Shown: positions 8,467 to 18,761, counted from the whole stretch's first letter. The stretch: DNA of 59,033 nucleotides, filler included, from 5 parts of 5 records of this genome joined end to end with filler, not necessarily neighbours in it, one strand, 5' to 3'. Numbers and translations: made by a program. The notes: generated from the letters alone by a model not told the origin.

Positions 8467-10962
8467 GTGAATAGGGTTATGTTGGGTAGCGGCCTGCTGC
8501 CGCTTTGTTTTGGCAGTATCGTCACGGTATTACCGATTTTCAGTGCACCCGCTTACGCGCAGTTAGAGGAGGTGGTCGTCACGGCCAGGCGCCGGGAGGA
8601 GAGTCTGCAGGACACGCCGATTTCTGTTTCGGCGATCGGGGCATCGGCGCTGGAGGATGCCGGCATCACATCGCTGGCGGATGTTAAGAACATCGTGCCG
8701 AATTTGCAGATAGCGCCGACGGCGACCAAGAGCCAAGCGATTTTTGTGCGGGGTATCGGCCAGCGCGCCTCAACACCTGAGCTCGACCCAGGAGTCGGTC
8801 AGTATTTGAATGGTATTTTCATCGCCCGTCAGGATTCTCAACTCCTAGATGCGGTTGATGTTGAAAACATCCAAGTATTGCGCGGGCCACAGGGCACGCT
8901 GTTTGGTAAAAACAATACCGGTGGTGCGATGCTGGTTAGCACGGTTGCGCCAAATTTTAGTAGCGTGAGCGGCAGTGCCACGGTCACTGCCGGTTCTCAC
9001 GGCCGTCAGGATATTAAGGCCAGCGTTAATTTGCCATTGATCGAAAATCAAATGGGCCTGAGGCTCAGTGGCACTGTGCGGCGCCTGGATGGCTACGTTA
9101 AGAATATTGTCGATGGCACACGCTTTGGCGATGAGGACCGGCAAGCGGTGTCTGCGCGGCTATTGTGGGACCTTACCGAGAACCTGCGACTCGATGTCTT
9201 CTCATTCTGGAGCTCGCAGGATGAGAAAGGGCAGGCGAACAATTGCGAAGTAATCAATGCGCAAGCGGCGGCGGCCACATTCTTTGTTCCCCAGCAGCCT
9301 GATAATTACGCCCAGCGATGTCAGCAGCAGGAGGGCTTGGCAGAGCAGCGCAAGGTGGCGATCAACACCGAAGCCAGTTTTTATCGCCAGCAATCACAGC
9401 TTCACGCGATAAAGCTGAATTGGCATATGGGGCCGCTTGACCTTGAGTCGATCACCGCCTTCAGCCGTCAATATGGCTTGGGTAAGCAGGAGGACGTTGA
9501 CGGCAGTGACTTTAGCCTCGTGCACAATGGTGAGCGTTTGGCATTAAAAGCCTTGACGGCCTCCGGCGTCGACCCGGATCAAGAAACGCGTTACCAACTC
9601 AGTCAGGAGCTGAAATTCAACGGGCGGTTTTTCGAGGACAAACTCGACCTGACGTTTGGCGCCTTCTACTCTGCAGAGCGCATCGATGGTTTTCCCTATC
9701 CACAAATTATTGGCGCCAACGGGGTTCTGGGTATTCCCCCGGAATTTCTGCTGAGTAGTACCGCAGGCGTTGCGCTGCCTGGGGTCGATTTACTGTCGGC
9801 GGCTGCCAATAACCTTGTGCTGCCGCTGCTGTCAGCGTCGGTCAATTTAAGCTATATCGAAAATGAAACACGTGCGCTGTTTGTACAGGGTAGTTACGAT
9901 CTTACGTCCCATCTGCAACTAACGCTGGGTGTGCGTTATACCGAAGATGATAAACAGCGGGAGATTGCTTTATACAACGCCGATTTTAATGCTTTTGGTC
10001 TGCGTGAGGGGCTTATTCATGCTCAGGGCGGCATCTATAACCCAGTGCCCAGAGCGTATTTTGACAATATCGACTTTGCACAACCCATTCCGTTTCTCGC
10101 GCCGGTGTCGACGTCATCGGAGCTGTCCTTTGACCAGGTTTCGCCAGCGTTGACGGTGAGCTATATCTGGGAAGAGGCGGACATCGCGGCGATCGGCTTC
10201 AATAGTTTGATGACCTATGTGACCGTCAGCGAGGGCTATAAATCGGGCGGTATTGGTCTGCGGGGGCGCCGCCTCAATGAGTTCGAGCCAGAGGTGGTGG
10301 AGAACAGTGAGATCGGGTTTAAGCTCGATGCCCTCGATTCGAGTTTGCGTCTCAATGGTGCGATCTACCATATGAGCTACGACCAGATCCAAGTTCAGCA
10401 GGCCGAGACGGGGCCGGGTGGGCCGACCGATGTCATCCTGTTTTTGGATAACGCGGGTTCTGCCGTAGTGCAGGGCGCCGAATTGGAGGCAACCTGGCTC
10501 TACGAAGGGCTACAGGTTAATGCCAACGCCGGCTATACCGATGCCTATTATCGGGATTACACGGTATTTTTAGCGGATGGCTCCAGCTTTGATCGCAGTG
10601 CCGAGCCCTTTGCGGTGGTGCCAAAAAACACCCGCTCGCTCGCCGTGCAATACCATTGGCAAACGCGCTTTGGCGCGTTCATTCCGCGGCTGCATTACTC
10701 TTACCGCTCGGAAATTTTTGTCGGCCTGGATGCCAAGGCCAATCTCTACGATGGCGCGACACTGGGCGGGCAGGAGTTGTATAACGCACGCCTGACCTGG
10801 CTGCCCGACGAGAAGCTGCGTGTGGCGATGTACGTGAACAACCTGAAGGACTCGCTGTTTTTTGGCGGCGGGGTGGCACTGGGTGACAATCTTGGCACAA
10901 CCACGAAGGCGCAGTTGCCGCCGCGTCACTACGGCCTGGAAATTTCGTATCAATGGGATTAA
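8467..10962 (+). CDS. TonB-dependent outer-membrane receptor
   Basis: Signal peptide, TonB box LEEVVVTARRREE, plug motif LRGPQGTLFGKN and C-terminal beta-strand YGLEISYQW. Confidence 0.95.
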   Translation: MNRVMLGSGLLPLCFGSIVTVLPIFSAPAYAQLEEVVVTARRREESLQDTPISVSAIGASALEDAGITSLADVKNIVPNLQIAPTATKSQAIFVRGIGQRASTPELDPGVGQYLNGIFIARQDSQLLDAVDVENIQVLRGPQGTLFGKNNTGGAMLVSTVAPNFSSVSGSATVTAGSHGRQDIKASVNLPLIENQMGLRLSGTVRRLDGYVKNIVDGTRFGDEDRQAVSARLLWDLTENLRLDVFSFWSSQDEKGQANNCEVINAQAAAATFFVPQQPDNYAQRCQQQEGLAEQRKVAINTEASFYRQQSQLHAIKLNWHMGPLDLESITAFSRQYGLGKQEDVDGSDFSLVHNGERLALKALTASGVDPDQETRYQLSQELKFNGRFFEDKLDLTFGAFYSAERIDGFPYPQIIGANGVLGIPPEFLLSSTAGVALPGVDLLSAAANNLVLPLLSASVNLSYIENETRALFVQGSYDLTSHLQLTLGVRYTEDDKQREIALYNADFNAFGLREGLIHAQGGIYNPVPRAYFDNIDFAQPIPFLAPVSTSSELSFDQVSPALTVSYIWEEADIAAIGFNSLMTYVTVSEGYKSGGIGLRGRRLNEFEPEVVENSEIGFKLDALDSSLRLNGAIYHMSYDQIQVQQAETGPGGPTDVILFLDNAGSAVVQGAELEATWLYEGLQVNANAGYTDAYYRDYTVFLADGSSFDRSAEPFAVVPKNTRSLAVQYHWQTRFGAFIPRLHYSYRSEIFVGLDAKANLYDGATLGGQELYNARLTWLPDEKLRVAMYVNNLKDSLFFGGGVALGDNLGTTTKAQLPPRHYGLEISYQWD

Positions 10963-11696
10963 TCGAGGCTGCCAAACAAGCCAATGAAATAACGGTTGAG
11001 CAGGCCGTGGCAGAAGCCGAGGCCTCTGCTGAGCGACTCTTGAGTATGGCGAGGGCAATAAATGCGAGGCAGTGCCAGCCGGACACCTGGTCCTGTCGCC
11101 GTCAGTGGTGTGCAGATGCCGGGACCTATGTCTATCACAGTCATATCGCTGTGAGTGGTCAGGATCGCGAGCGACTGCATTGGCTGAGCAATGTGTTTTT
11201 TCACGCGGCTAGCCTGCACTGCCAACCTTGGTACCCGCAATTTAAGGGGGGTAAACGCCAGGTGTTGGCCAGTCCGCCCGTGGGGCAGGTTGTCGATCAT
11301 CAACTGTGCTGGGGGCGCTTTGACCTGGGGCTGCCAAGCCCGCGCTATTACCGGCAATTACTGTCTTTGCTTCGCCCGGCAGATGACGCTGCGGTAATCG
11401 TTGCCCGCTCCGTGGACCAAGGCCCGGCGCTGCCACCTAAGGCCAAGCTGGCTTATACGCTGTCGCCCAATGGTGAGGTTTTGCTGTGGCGCGACGATCA
11501 GCTGCACTGGCACCATATCTGCTGTACCCCTGGGGCGGGTATTTTGAATGGTTCTGCTGACCGCTGGCTGATAAATGCCCTGCGGTGGCTGCGCTTAGAT
11601 CAGTCGGAACGGCGCACCTATCGATGTGAAGCGGAGCAGTTGCGAGACTGGTTACATGCCGGTCAGCCGAGTGTCTCGCCGGCGATCCTTGCATAG
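10953..11696 (+). CDS. Hypothetical protein, possibly START/SRPBCC-fold lipid-binding
   Basis: Overlaps the receptor stop by 10 nt. PSPRYY and IVARSVDQGPALPPKAKLA resemble START motifs by eye only. Confidence 0.5.
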   Translation: MGLIEAAKQANEITVEQAVAEAEASAERLLSMARAINARQCQPDTWSCRRQWCADAGTYVYHSHIAVSGQDRERLHWLSNVFFHAASLHCQPWYPQFKGGKRQVLASPPVGQVVDHQLCWGRFDLGLPSPRYYRQLLSLLRPADDAAVIVARSVDQGPALPPKAKLAYTLSPNGEVLLWRDDQLHWHHICCTPGAGILNGSADRWLINALRWLRLDQSERRTYRCEAEQLRDWLHAGQPSVSPAILA

Positions 11697-11738
11697 CACG
11701 CCAGTGCGCGATAGCTGAAGAGTGGAGCATGGAAGAGG

Positions 11739-11809
11739 TGGCGCCCCGGAGAGGATTCGAACCTCTGACCTGCCCCTTAGGAGGGGGCCGCGCTATCCAG
11801 CTGTGCCAC
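11739..11809 (-). tRNA. tRNA-Arg(CCT), 5' end truncated by contig end
   Basis: Reverse complement ...GTGGCACAGCTGGATAGCGCGGCCCCCTCCTAAGGGGCAGGTCAGAGGTTCGAATCCTCTCCGGGGCGCCA; anticodon loop CTCCTAA, TTCGA T-loop, CCA end. Confidence 0.93.
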
Positions 11810-11909
11810 NNNNNNNNNNNNNNNNNNNNNNNNNNNNNNNNNNNNNNNNNNNNTTAATTAATTAANNNNNNNNNNNNNNNNNNNNNNNNNNNNNNNNNNN
11901 NNNNNNNNN
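11810..11909. other. Artificial contig spacer
   Basis: 44 N + TTAATTAATTAA (stop in all six frames) + 44 N. Confidence 0.99.
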
Positions 11910-11910
11910 T

Positions 11911-13170
11911 GGCTGGTGGTTCTGGGATCCGGTGGAAAACGCCTCCCTTATGCCATGGCTGGCGGGCACCGCCCTGATTCACTCCCTGGCAGTGAGCGAA
12001 AAGCGCAACATGTTCCGCGCGTGGACGGTGTTGCTGGCGATCATTACCTTCTCGCTAAGTTTGCTGGGGACTTTCCTGGTGCGCTCCGGGGTGCTGACGT
12101 CAGTCCACGCCTTTGCCAATGACCCGGCCCGAGGGGCCTTTATCCTCGGTTTCCTGATTGTGGTCGCCGGTGGCGCATTGGTCCTGTTTGGTCTGCGGGC
12201 GTCGGCGTTGCGCAGCAATACCGGATTCAAGCCGGTATCGAGGGAAGCTTTTCTGCTGGGTAACAACCTGATTCTGCTTACGGCCACCTCTGTGGTGTTG
12301 ATGGGTACATTGTTTCCGCTGATCGGCGAAGCACTGGACATGAAAATTTCCATCCGCAGCCCTTATTTCAATGGCTTCTTTGTGCCGTTGGCCTTTGTGC
12401 TGATTTTGCTGATGGTGCCGGGCATGTTCAGTAACTGGAAACGTCAGGACGGAAACTCCCTGTTAAAGCGAATGGCGCTGTTGGCACCGGCCGCAATCAT
12501 TGCCGGCTGGTTCGGTGCTCGCCTGCCGGACCCCAGCCCCTGGCAGGGCGTTTTGGCGATCATGCTGGCGCTATTCCTGGTGTTTGCCCACGTGGACGAT
12601 GTGGTTCGCCGAGCCAGTGCCTACAAGCAAGGTTTTGTCACCGGGCTGGGCAAACTGGGCCGCGGCTACTGGGGCATGGTGTTGGCCCATTGCGGCCTGG
12701 CGGTATTGATTGCCGGTATTACCCTGGTCAGCTTCCACGAAGTGGAGCGTGACATTCGCATGGCGCCGGGGGATACCGCCAAACTGGGGGACTACACCTT
12801 TGTGTTCGACAGCCTGGATGAATACCGCGGCCCTAACTTCGATTCCACCCGTGGTCATTTCCACGTGAGCCATGACGGTGAACCGGTGGCGGTGATGCAC
12901 CCGGAAAAACGCACCTATCACGCCAGCCGTCAGGTCATGACCGAGGCGGCGATTGATGCCGGTTTTTGGCGCGACCTTTATGTGGCCCTGGGTGAACCGC
13001 TGGATAAAAGCAATGCCTGGGCAGTACGCATTTACTTCAAGCCTGGGATTCGCTGGATCTGGCTGGGCGCGTTGATCATGGCTCTTGGTGGCGCCCTGGC
13101 GCTGACGGACAAACGTTATCGCCGCAACCGTTTTGCGACCAACGACGCAGGAGCTGCCAATGAAAGCTAA
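11911..13170 (+). CDS. ccmF: Cytochrome c biogenesis heme lyase, 5'-truncated
   Basis: GWWFWDPVENASL (WWD domain) read in frame from 11911; VRSGVLTSVHAFA. Confidence 0.95.
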   Translation, partial: GWWFWDPVENASLMPWLAGTALIHSLAVSEKRNMFRAWTVLLAIITFSLSLLGTFLVRSGVLTSVHAFANDPARGAFILGFLIVVAGGALVLFGLRASALRSNTGFKPVSREAFLLGNNLILLTATSVVLMGTLFPLIGEALDMKISIRSPYFNGFFVPLAFVLILLMVPGMFSNWKRQDGNSLLKRMALLAPAAIIAGWFGARLPDPSPWQGVLAIMLALFLVFAHVDDVVRRASAYKQGFVTGLGKLGRGYWGMVLAHCGLAVLIAGITLVSFHEVERDIRMAPGDTAKLGDYTFVFDSLDEYRGPNFDSTRGHFHVSHDGEPVAVMHPEKRTYHASRQVMTEAAIDAGFWRDLYVALGEPLDKSNAWAVRIYFKPGIRWIWLGALIMALGGALALTDKRYRRNRFATNDAGAANES

Positions 13171-13717
13171 TTCACCCTGGGTGTTTCTGCCCCTGGTCGG
13201 CTTTGTGCTGCTGGCGGTGCTGTTGGCCAGTGGTCTGGGCCGTGATCCGCAGGAGCTGCCGTCTGCGCTGGTGGGTAAACCGGTGCCGTCATTTTCCCTG
13301 CCGTCCTTGCTGACCGAAGAAACCTATACCGAGAATTCCCTGAAAGGACGCTGGCAGTTATTGAATGTGTGGGCCACCTGGTGCCCGACCTGCCATGTGG
13401 AGCACCCGTACCTGCTGGAACTGGCGGCACGCGGTGTGGCCATTTCCGGGTTGAACTACAAGGACGAATTGCCGGCCGCCCGTGAGTATCTGGCCAATCT
13501 GGGCAATCCCTTCACCCATGTGATTGTGGATGCCGACGGACAACTGGGGCTGGATCTGGGGGTCTATGGGGCCCCGGAAACCTTTTTGATTAACCCGGCC
13601 GGTGAGATCGTGTTACGCCACGCGGGGGACTTGAACGCCCGCGTCTGGGAAGAAAAGTTTGTTCCTTTATTGCCCACACAGGCGCCAGCGCCGGGGCAGG
13701 GTGAGGGAGAAGAATAA
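13160..13717 (+). CDS. ccmG: Thiol:disulfide oxidoreductase CcmG/DsbE
   Basis: WATWCPTC and GVYGAPETF; position after ccmF. Confidence 0.93.
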   Translation: MKANSPWVFLPLVGFVLLAVLLASGLGRDPQELPSALVGKPVPSFSLPSLLTEETYTENSLKGRWQLLNVWATWCPTCHVEHPYLLELAARGVAISGLNYKDELPAAREYLANLGNPFTHVIVDADGQLGLDLGVYGAPETFLINPAGEIVLRHAGDLNARVWEEKFVPLLPTQAPAPGQGEGEE

Positions 13718-14154
13718 TGCTGCGTATTGTGTTGCTGCTGATGCTGTCCATGCCGGCTTTTGCAGCCATTGATGTTTATCAGTTCGATAATGAACAACAG
13801 GAACAACGCTTTCGAATCCTCTCTGAGGAATTGCGTTGCCCGAAATGCCAGAACCAGAGTATCGCGGATTCCGATGCCGGCATTGCCCAAGATATGCGAA
13901 CGCGAGTGCATACCATGATTCTGGAAGGCAAAAGCGATGAGGACATCGTCGACTACTTTGTGTCCCGTTATGGTGATTTTGTCAGCTATCGTCCACCCGT
14001 GAATGCCGGTACATCCATTCTGTGGCTGGGGCCTATTTTGCTGTTGCTGGGGGGCGCTGTACTGATCGTCATTTTGCTGCGTAACGCCAGCCGCAAAGCG
14101 GCAGCAGACGATGAGGCATCCCAGGATAAAGAACCGGAAGAGGGCACGAAATGA
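13717..14154 (+). CDS. ccmH: Cytochrome c biogenesis protein CcmH
   Basis: LRCPKCQNQSIADS and RYGDFV. Confidence 0.95.
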   Translation: MLRIVLLLMLSMPAFAAIDVYQFDNEQQEQRFRILSEELRCPKCQNQSIADSDAGIAQDMRTRVHTMILEGKSDEDIVDYFVSRYGDFVSYRPPVNAGTSILWLGPILLLLGGAVLIVILLRNASRKAAADDEASQDKEPEEGTK

Positions 14155-15176
14155 TGTTGTGGGTAATGGCGCTGGTTCTGTTGCTGGTGATGGCCGCGGT
14201 GCTGTGGGTGATGTGGCGCCGTGAAGGGCGCAAGGCCGGCAAGAATATGCAGGGGGCGCTCGGTATTCCGTTGGTCATGGTGGTTCTGGCTGGCGCCGGT
14301 TACGGGCTGATCGGCCTTAACGAACACACCGCCACCTGGTTGGAGCACCAGCAGGAATACGGTGATGTGGCCCGGAAGATTATTGCTGGCCAGCCGCCGG
14401 AGAAAGCCGCCTCGGAAGTGCCCGCCGGAGCCCTGGTGCGGGTGCTGCAGTCCGAACTCTCCCAGACGCCCTCTGCCGTGGGCTGGTATGCCCTGGGGGC
14501 TCTGTACGATCAACTGGGCGCGCCGGCTCAGACCGAAGAAGCGGCTCGCAAGGCCTTGCAGCTGAACCCGGATGATGCCGCCATGCACCTGTTGCTGGCA
14601 CGCGCCTTGATCGAAAAGAACGAAGCACGGCTGACCGACCCGGCGCTGGAGGAAATCCGCTGGGTGCTGGACCGTGAACCGAATCACGATGGCGCCTGGA
14701 TGCTGCTCGCCATGTCCGCAGACCGGGCCGGGCGTTATGCGCTGTCAGAGCAGGCCTGGGCGTCGCTGTTGTCGCGGCACAGCGAGGGCGAAACCGCAGA
14801 GCTGTTGCAGCGCGGTCTGGATCGGGCTCGGGAACAGAAGCAGCGGGAAGGCGTTTTTGCCAACCTTGCGGCTACGGTCAACGGCGAAGGCCTGCCGGCT
14901 GGCGGCACCTTGTTTGTGTTTCTGCGCAAGGCCGGAAGTGCCGGACAGCCGCTGGCGGCGCAGCGCAAAGTGGTCACGCATTTCCCCATCACCGTGTCAC
15001 TGACAGCGGCTAACTGGCTGCAGGGCTATCCGGACGAGCAGGCGGACCTGGTCATGGGGGCCCGCTATACGCCAGCGCCGGGTGCCTCGGTGGATCAGGC
15101 GGCGATTACCGCCGTACCAGTTTCGTTACAACTTCCCCAAGCGCAGCCTGCAGCCCTTAATTTGTCCCGCCAATAG
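14151..15176 (+). CDS. ccmI: Cytochrome c biogenesis TPR protein CcmI/CycH-like
   Basis: Two TM helices, TPR-like helices and C-terminal LFVF...PLAA domain; operon position. Confidence 0.75.
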   Translation: MMLWVMALVLLLVMAAVLWVMWRREGRKAGKNMQGALGIPLVMVVLAGAGYGLIGLNEHTATWLEHQQEYGDVARKIIAGQPPEKAASEVPAGALVRVLQSELSQTPSAVGWYALGALYDQLGAPAQTEEAARKALQLNPDDAAMHLLLARALIEKNEARLTDPALEEIRWVLDREPNHDGAWMLLAMSADRAGRYALSEQAWASLLSRHSEGETAELLQRGLDRAREQKQREGVFANLAATVNGEGLPAGGTLFVFLRKAGSAGQPLAAQRKVVTHFPITVSLTAANWLQGYPDEQADLVMGARYTPAPGASVDQAAITAVPVSLQLPQAQPAALNLSRQ

Positions 15177-15190
15177 GGGCTTGCCGCCCC

Positions 15191-15214
15191 GGGTTGCGAC
15201 CTAGGTCGCAACCC
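15191..15214. repeat. Perfect 24-bp palindrome between ccmI and adk
   Basis: GGGTTGCGACCTAGGTCGCAACCC. Confidence 0.85.
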
Positions 15215-15356
15215 CTATCTCTTGTGATGAAGGGGGCCTCAAGGTAAAGTTGCACCCCTTCGGAGGCTGGGTTCCTCTGATTTGTACACCCATACGCTTG
15301 GAAATTACGCCAGTTTACGCTGTCTGCGGCGGGCATTGTGCCCTCTCGTGGGGTGA

Positions 15357-16118
<762 letters not shown>

Positions 16119-16155
16119 TTATCCGCTTGTCAGTACCGACCAGATGCTGATGATC

Positions 16156-16187
16156 AAAAACGGGAAGCTTCGGCTTCCCGTTTTTTT
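16156..16187. terminator. Bidirectional intrinsic terminator after adk
   Basis: AAAAACGGGAAGC-TTCG-GCTTCCCGTTTTTTT. Confidence 0.9.
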
Positions 16188-17384
16188 GTGCACCATGGGC
16201 TAGAGTGAAAAGCGGGCTTTTAATAGGCTTACCCGCAAACTTCTCGCACTTTGCATGACGCTCAACGCCGAATACCAGACGTGAAAAACCACACAAACAG
16301 GAAACCAAACCCTGCTATAACGCCGCTTTAGGCGTTCCTCTTGATTGGGGAAGGGGCGGGGCTCAAGCATCAGGTCCTCTCCGCCGTGAACTCGTCTGGC
16401 AAGACATCAAATCCGCACCATTCCCTAATTCCGCGATGAACCTTTTTATGCGCGCGCACTGTGGCGGATAGAGCCAGACCCTATGAGGCCCGGCTGTAAT
16501 GATTTCCCCGTAGTGCCCTCACTGCCCTTCATCGTGTGAATATCCGCCCTGCGATGGCGACGGTTTTCGGCGTCACCGCTGCGAAATCATTAGGCCAACA
16601 AGTGGCAGGGCCTTGTGGATCGCATGTCGAAGATGAAGCCTTCTTCCTTCCAGTGAGCCTTCTTTAATAAGCCGCATTGCGGCGTGCTGGTATTTTCTTC
16701 CGCGTTCAGAAAAGGGTTGGCTCCCTGTTGCGAGAGCCTTCAACAAGAAGGAAGAAGCGCGTGCGGCTATTGGTTTTTGCGTATTGAGAAGAGTCAGCCC
16801 ATGAAGGGAGCGACTCTGACTTACGCCTTGAAGCGTGAAGAATGAACGGTATTTCTGGCGAAGCAATGAGGTCATTTTTTCTGACACGTTGTAACGGTTC
16901 TACACAATCGAGCTTACCGGTTTCCTGTGAACAGCCTGGCAAACGCTGCGTATTTGGCCGGAAGAGTCCATCTTTTCTTGGCGCGATAGCGGTGGCGGCG
17001 TTTCTTTCTGGCGGTGCTTTTTATACGTAAAGACGTTGTCGAAGGTGTTAACAGGCCCAAGCAAAGGGCCTTTTCACATGGGAATAGATTTGTGTTGTTG
17101 CATGAAACAGGGCGAATTGTTCACAACAGGGGGCGTAGAAAAACGTGCAGAAAGACTGCCCCAAGAAGATTCAGTCATCGTTGGCGGGTAAATTAAATCC
17201 CATAAAAAAGAAAACACAGAAGGCTAAAAGGGAAACGAAGTAAAAGAGCGGTGATCAAAGGCTGTGAAAAAAATCAGAAAAATTAAAAGTAGGCTGATTA
17301 AATAATGTACCAACTGATTTTTTTTTATGCTATTTTCCACTTGTCGCAGTACTGATGACAATGCCATAGCTTAGGAGATCAATC

Positions 17385-18149
17385 ATGGCTCGAGCAAAGA
17401 AAGCCGCCGCGAAGAAAACTGCGGCGCGCAAACCCGCAGCGAAGAAAGCCGCCGTTGCAAAAGCACCGGCCGTTCCCAAGTCTGTTACCAACGCTGAAGC
17501 CAAGGTTAAATTGCAGGACAAGGCAGTAGCCCAGGCTGAAAAGAAAGTCACCCAGTCGCAAACCAAACTCGATAAGCATCGCGCCAAAATCGACGCAGAG
17601 AACGCCAAGCTGTCGAAACTGCGTGCCGATGTTGCAGCCAAGCGTGAAAAAGCGCAAAAGACCTCGACTGCCGCAGCCAAGCGTGCCGTTGAAACTGCAC
17701 GCGGGCGTATGAACACTGCGCGTCTGAAACTTCAGGATATTCGTGGCGAAGCAAAACTGATTCGTGCCGAGATCCAGGCCGCCAAGAAAGTGGTCGCCCG
17801 CGAAGTGAAGAAACTGCGTACGGCTGAGCGCAACTTCAAAGCCAAATTGCGTGATCACGAACGCAAACTGGCAAAGAAAGCCAAGGCCGAGCAGAAGAAA
17901 GCGGAGCAGAAAGCCAAAGCAGCTGCGCGTAAAGCGGCAGCGAAAGCCAAGCGTGTTGCCAAGAAAGCGACCGCTCGCAAGCCCAAGGCGGCTGCAAAAA
18001 AAGCAGCAACCAAAAAGCCTGCCACTAAAAAGGCGCCCGCCAAAAAAGCGGCTAGCAAGAAACCTGCAGCAAAGAAGGCAGCAACCCGTAAAGCGCCTGC
18101 CAAGAAAGCGGCACGTAAGCGTACCCCGGCCAAGAAGAAGTCTTCCTGA
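17385..18149 (+). CDS. Histone H1-like Lys/Ala-rich protein (AlgP/Hc2-like) with central coiled coil
   Basis: KKAA/KKPA/KAPA repeats at both termini; AGGAG RBS; own terminator. Confidence 0.8.
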   Translation: MARAKKAAAKKTAARKPAAKKAAVAKAPAVPKSVTNAEAKVKLQDKAVAQAEKKVTQSQTKLDKHRAKIDAENAKLSKLRADVAAKREKAQKTSTAAAKRAVETARGRMNTARLKLQDIRGEAKLIRAEIQAAKKVVAREVKKLRTAERNFKAKLRDHERKLAKKAKAEQKKAEQKAKAAARKAAAKAKRVAKKATARKPKAAAKKAATKKPATKKAPAKKAASKKPAAKKAATRKAPAKKAARKRTPAKKKSS

Positions 18150-18174
18150 TACGTCAGAGGGGTTTATGAAGGCC

Positions 18175-18202
18175 AAAAGCCCCGCTTTGCGGGGCTTTTT
18201 TT
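18175..18202 (+). terminator. Intrinsic terminator
   Basis: AAAAGCCCCGC-TTT-GCGGGGCTTTTTTT. Confidence 0.9.
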
Positions 18203-18340
18203 ATGCCCGCCCGGCAAGGGCTGCCCCCGGGATTGCCGGAGTGATCGAAGGGGGAGGGTTAGCAGTTTTAAATTTTTGCATATAAATGGCTGGCCCCGGT
18301 AACGCGAAATCGGGGCCGAGTGAATAGATTCCCAAAAGTA

Positions 18341-18359
18341 GTTGATAATGATTCGCGTT
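18341..18359. promoter_or_regulatory. Probable Fur box upstream of bfd
   Basis: GTTGATAATGATTCGCGTT; bfd is a known Fur target. Confidence 0.65.
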
Positions 18360-18399
18360 AGGTTTAGCATCCTTTCCAGAGATTGAGGAAAGGCGACTT

Positions 18400-18636
18400 A
18401 TGTACGTATGCATTTGTAAGGGCATTACTGACAACCATATACGGGAAGCGGTCGATTCTGGCTGCGACAGCCTGCGTGATCTTCGTCGGGAACTTGGGGT
18501 TGGAAGTCAGTGTGGTAAATGTGCCCGTCACGCCCGCCAAATTTTGCGTGAGACCCGTAGCGCAAACGAGGCGACCTCTTTCTCGAACTCTTCTACTGCC
18601 GGTGAGGCGGTTGTTTTCTGGCCACAAACCGCATAA
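18400..18636 (+). CDS. bfd: Bacterioferritin-associated ferredoxin
   Basis: MYVCICKGITD...QCGKC; immediately upstream of bfr. Confidence 0.93.
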   Translation: MYVCICKGITDNHIREAVDSGCDSLRDLRRELGVGSQCGKCARHARQILRETRSANEATSFSNSSTAGEAVVFWPQTA

Positions 18637-18761
18637 ACAATCGTTCTCATTTGCATAAGCGCTTGTATTTGAAGCGTTTTTTTCCTCTCCTGCCTTGTCT
18701 CTGTCACACACTTGCTGAACAATAGGGGTTACCCCAAGTTCATGTGACGGAGATACCCCCA

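Noticed and set aside
11854-11865. TTAATTAATTAA recurring four times as a possible biological repeat
   Set aside because: Always centred in N runs; it is an assembly linker.
16573-16887. 104-aa minus-strand ORF in the long intergenic region
   Set aside because: No recognisable motif or clear RBS; cannot be supported as a gene.
17379-18176. 265-aa Phe/Leu/Gly-rich antisense ORF
   Set aside because: Mirror of the low-complexity Lys/Ala codons of the histone-like gene.
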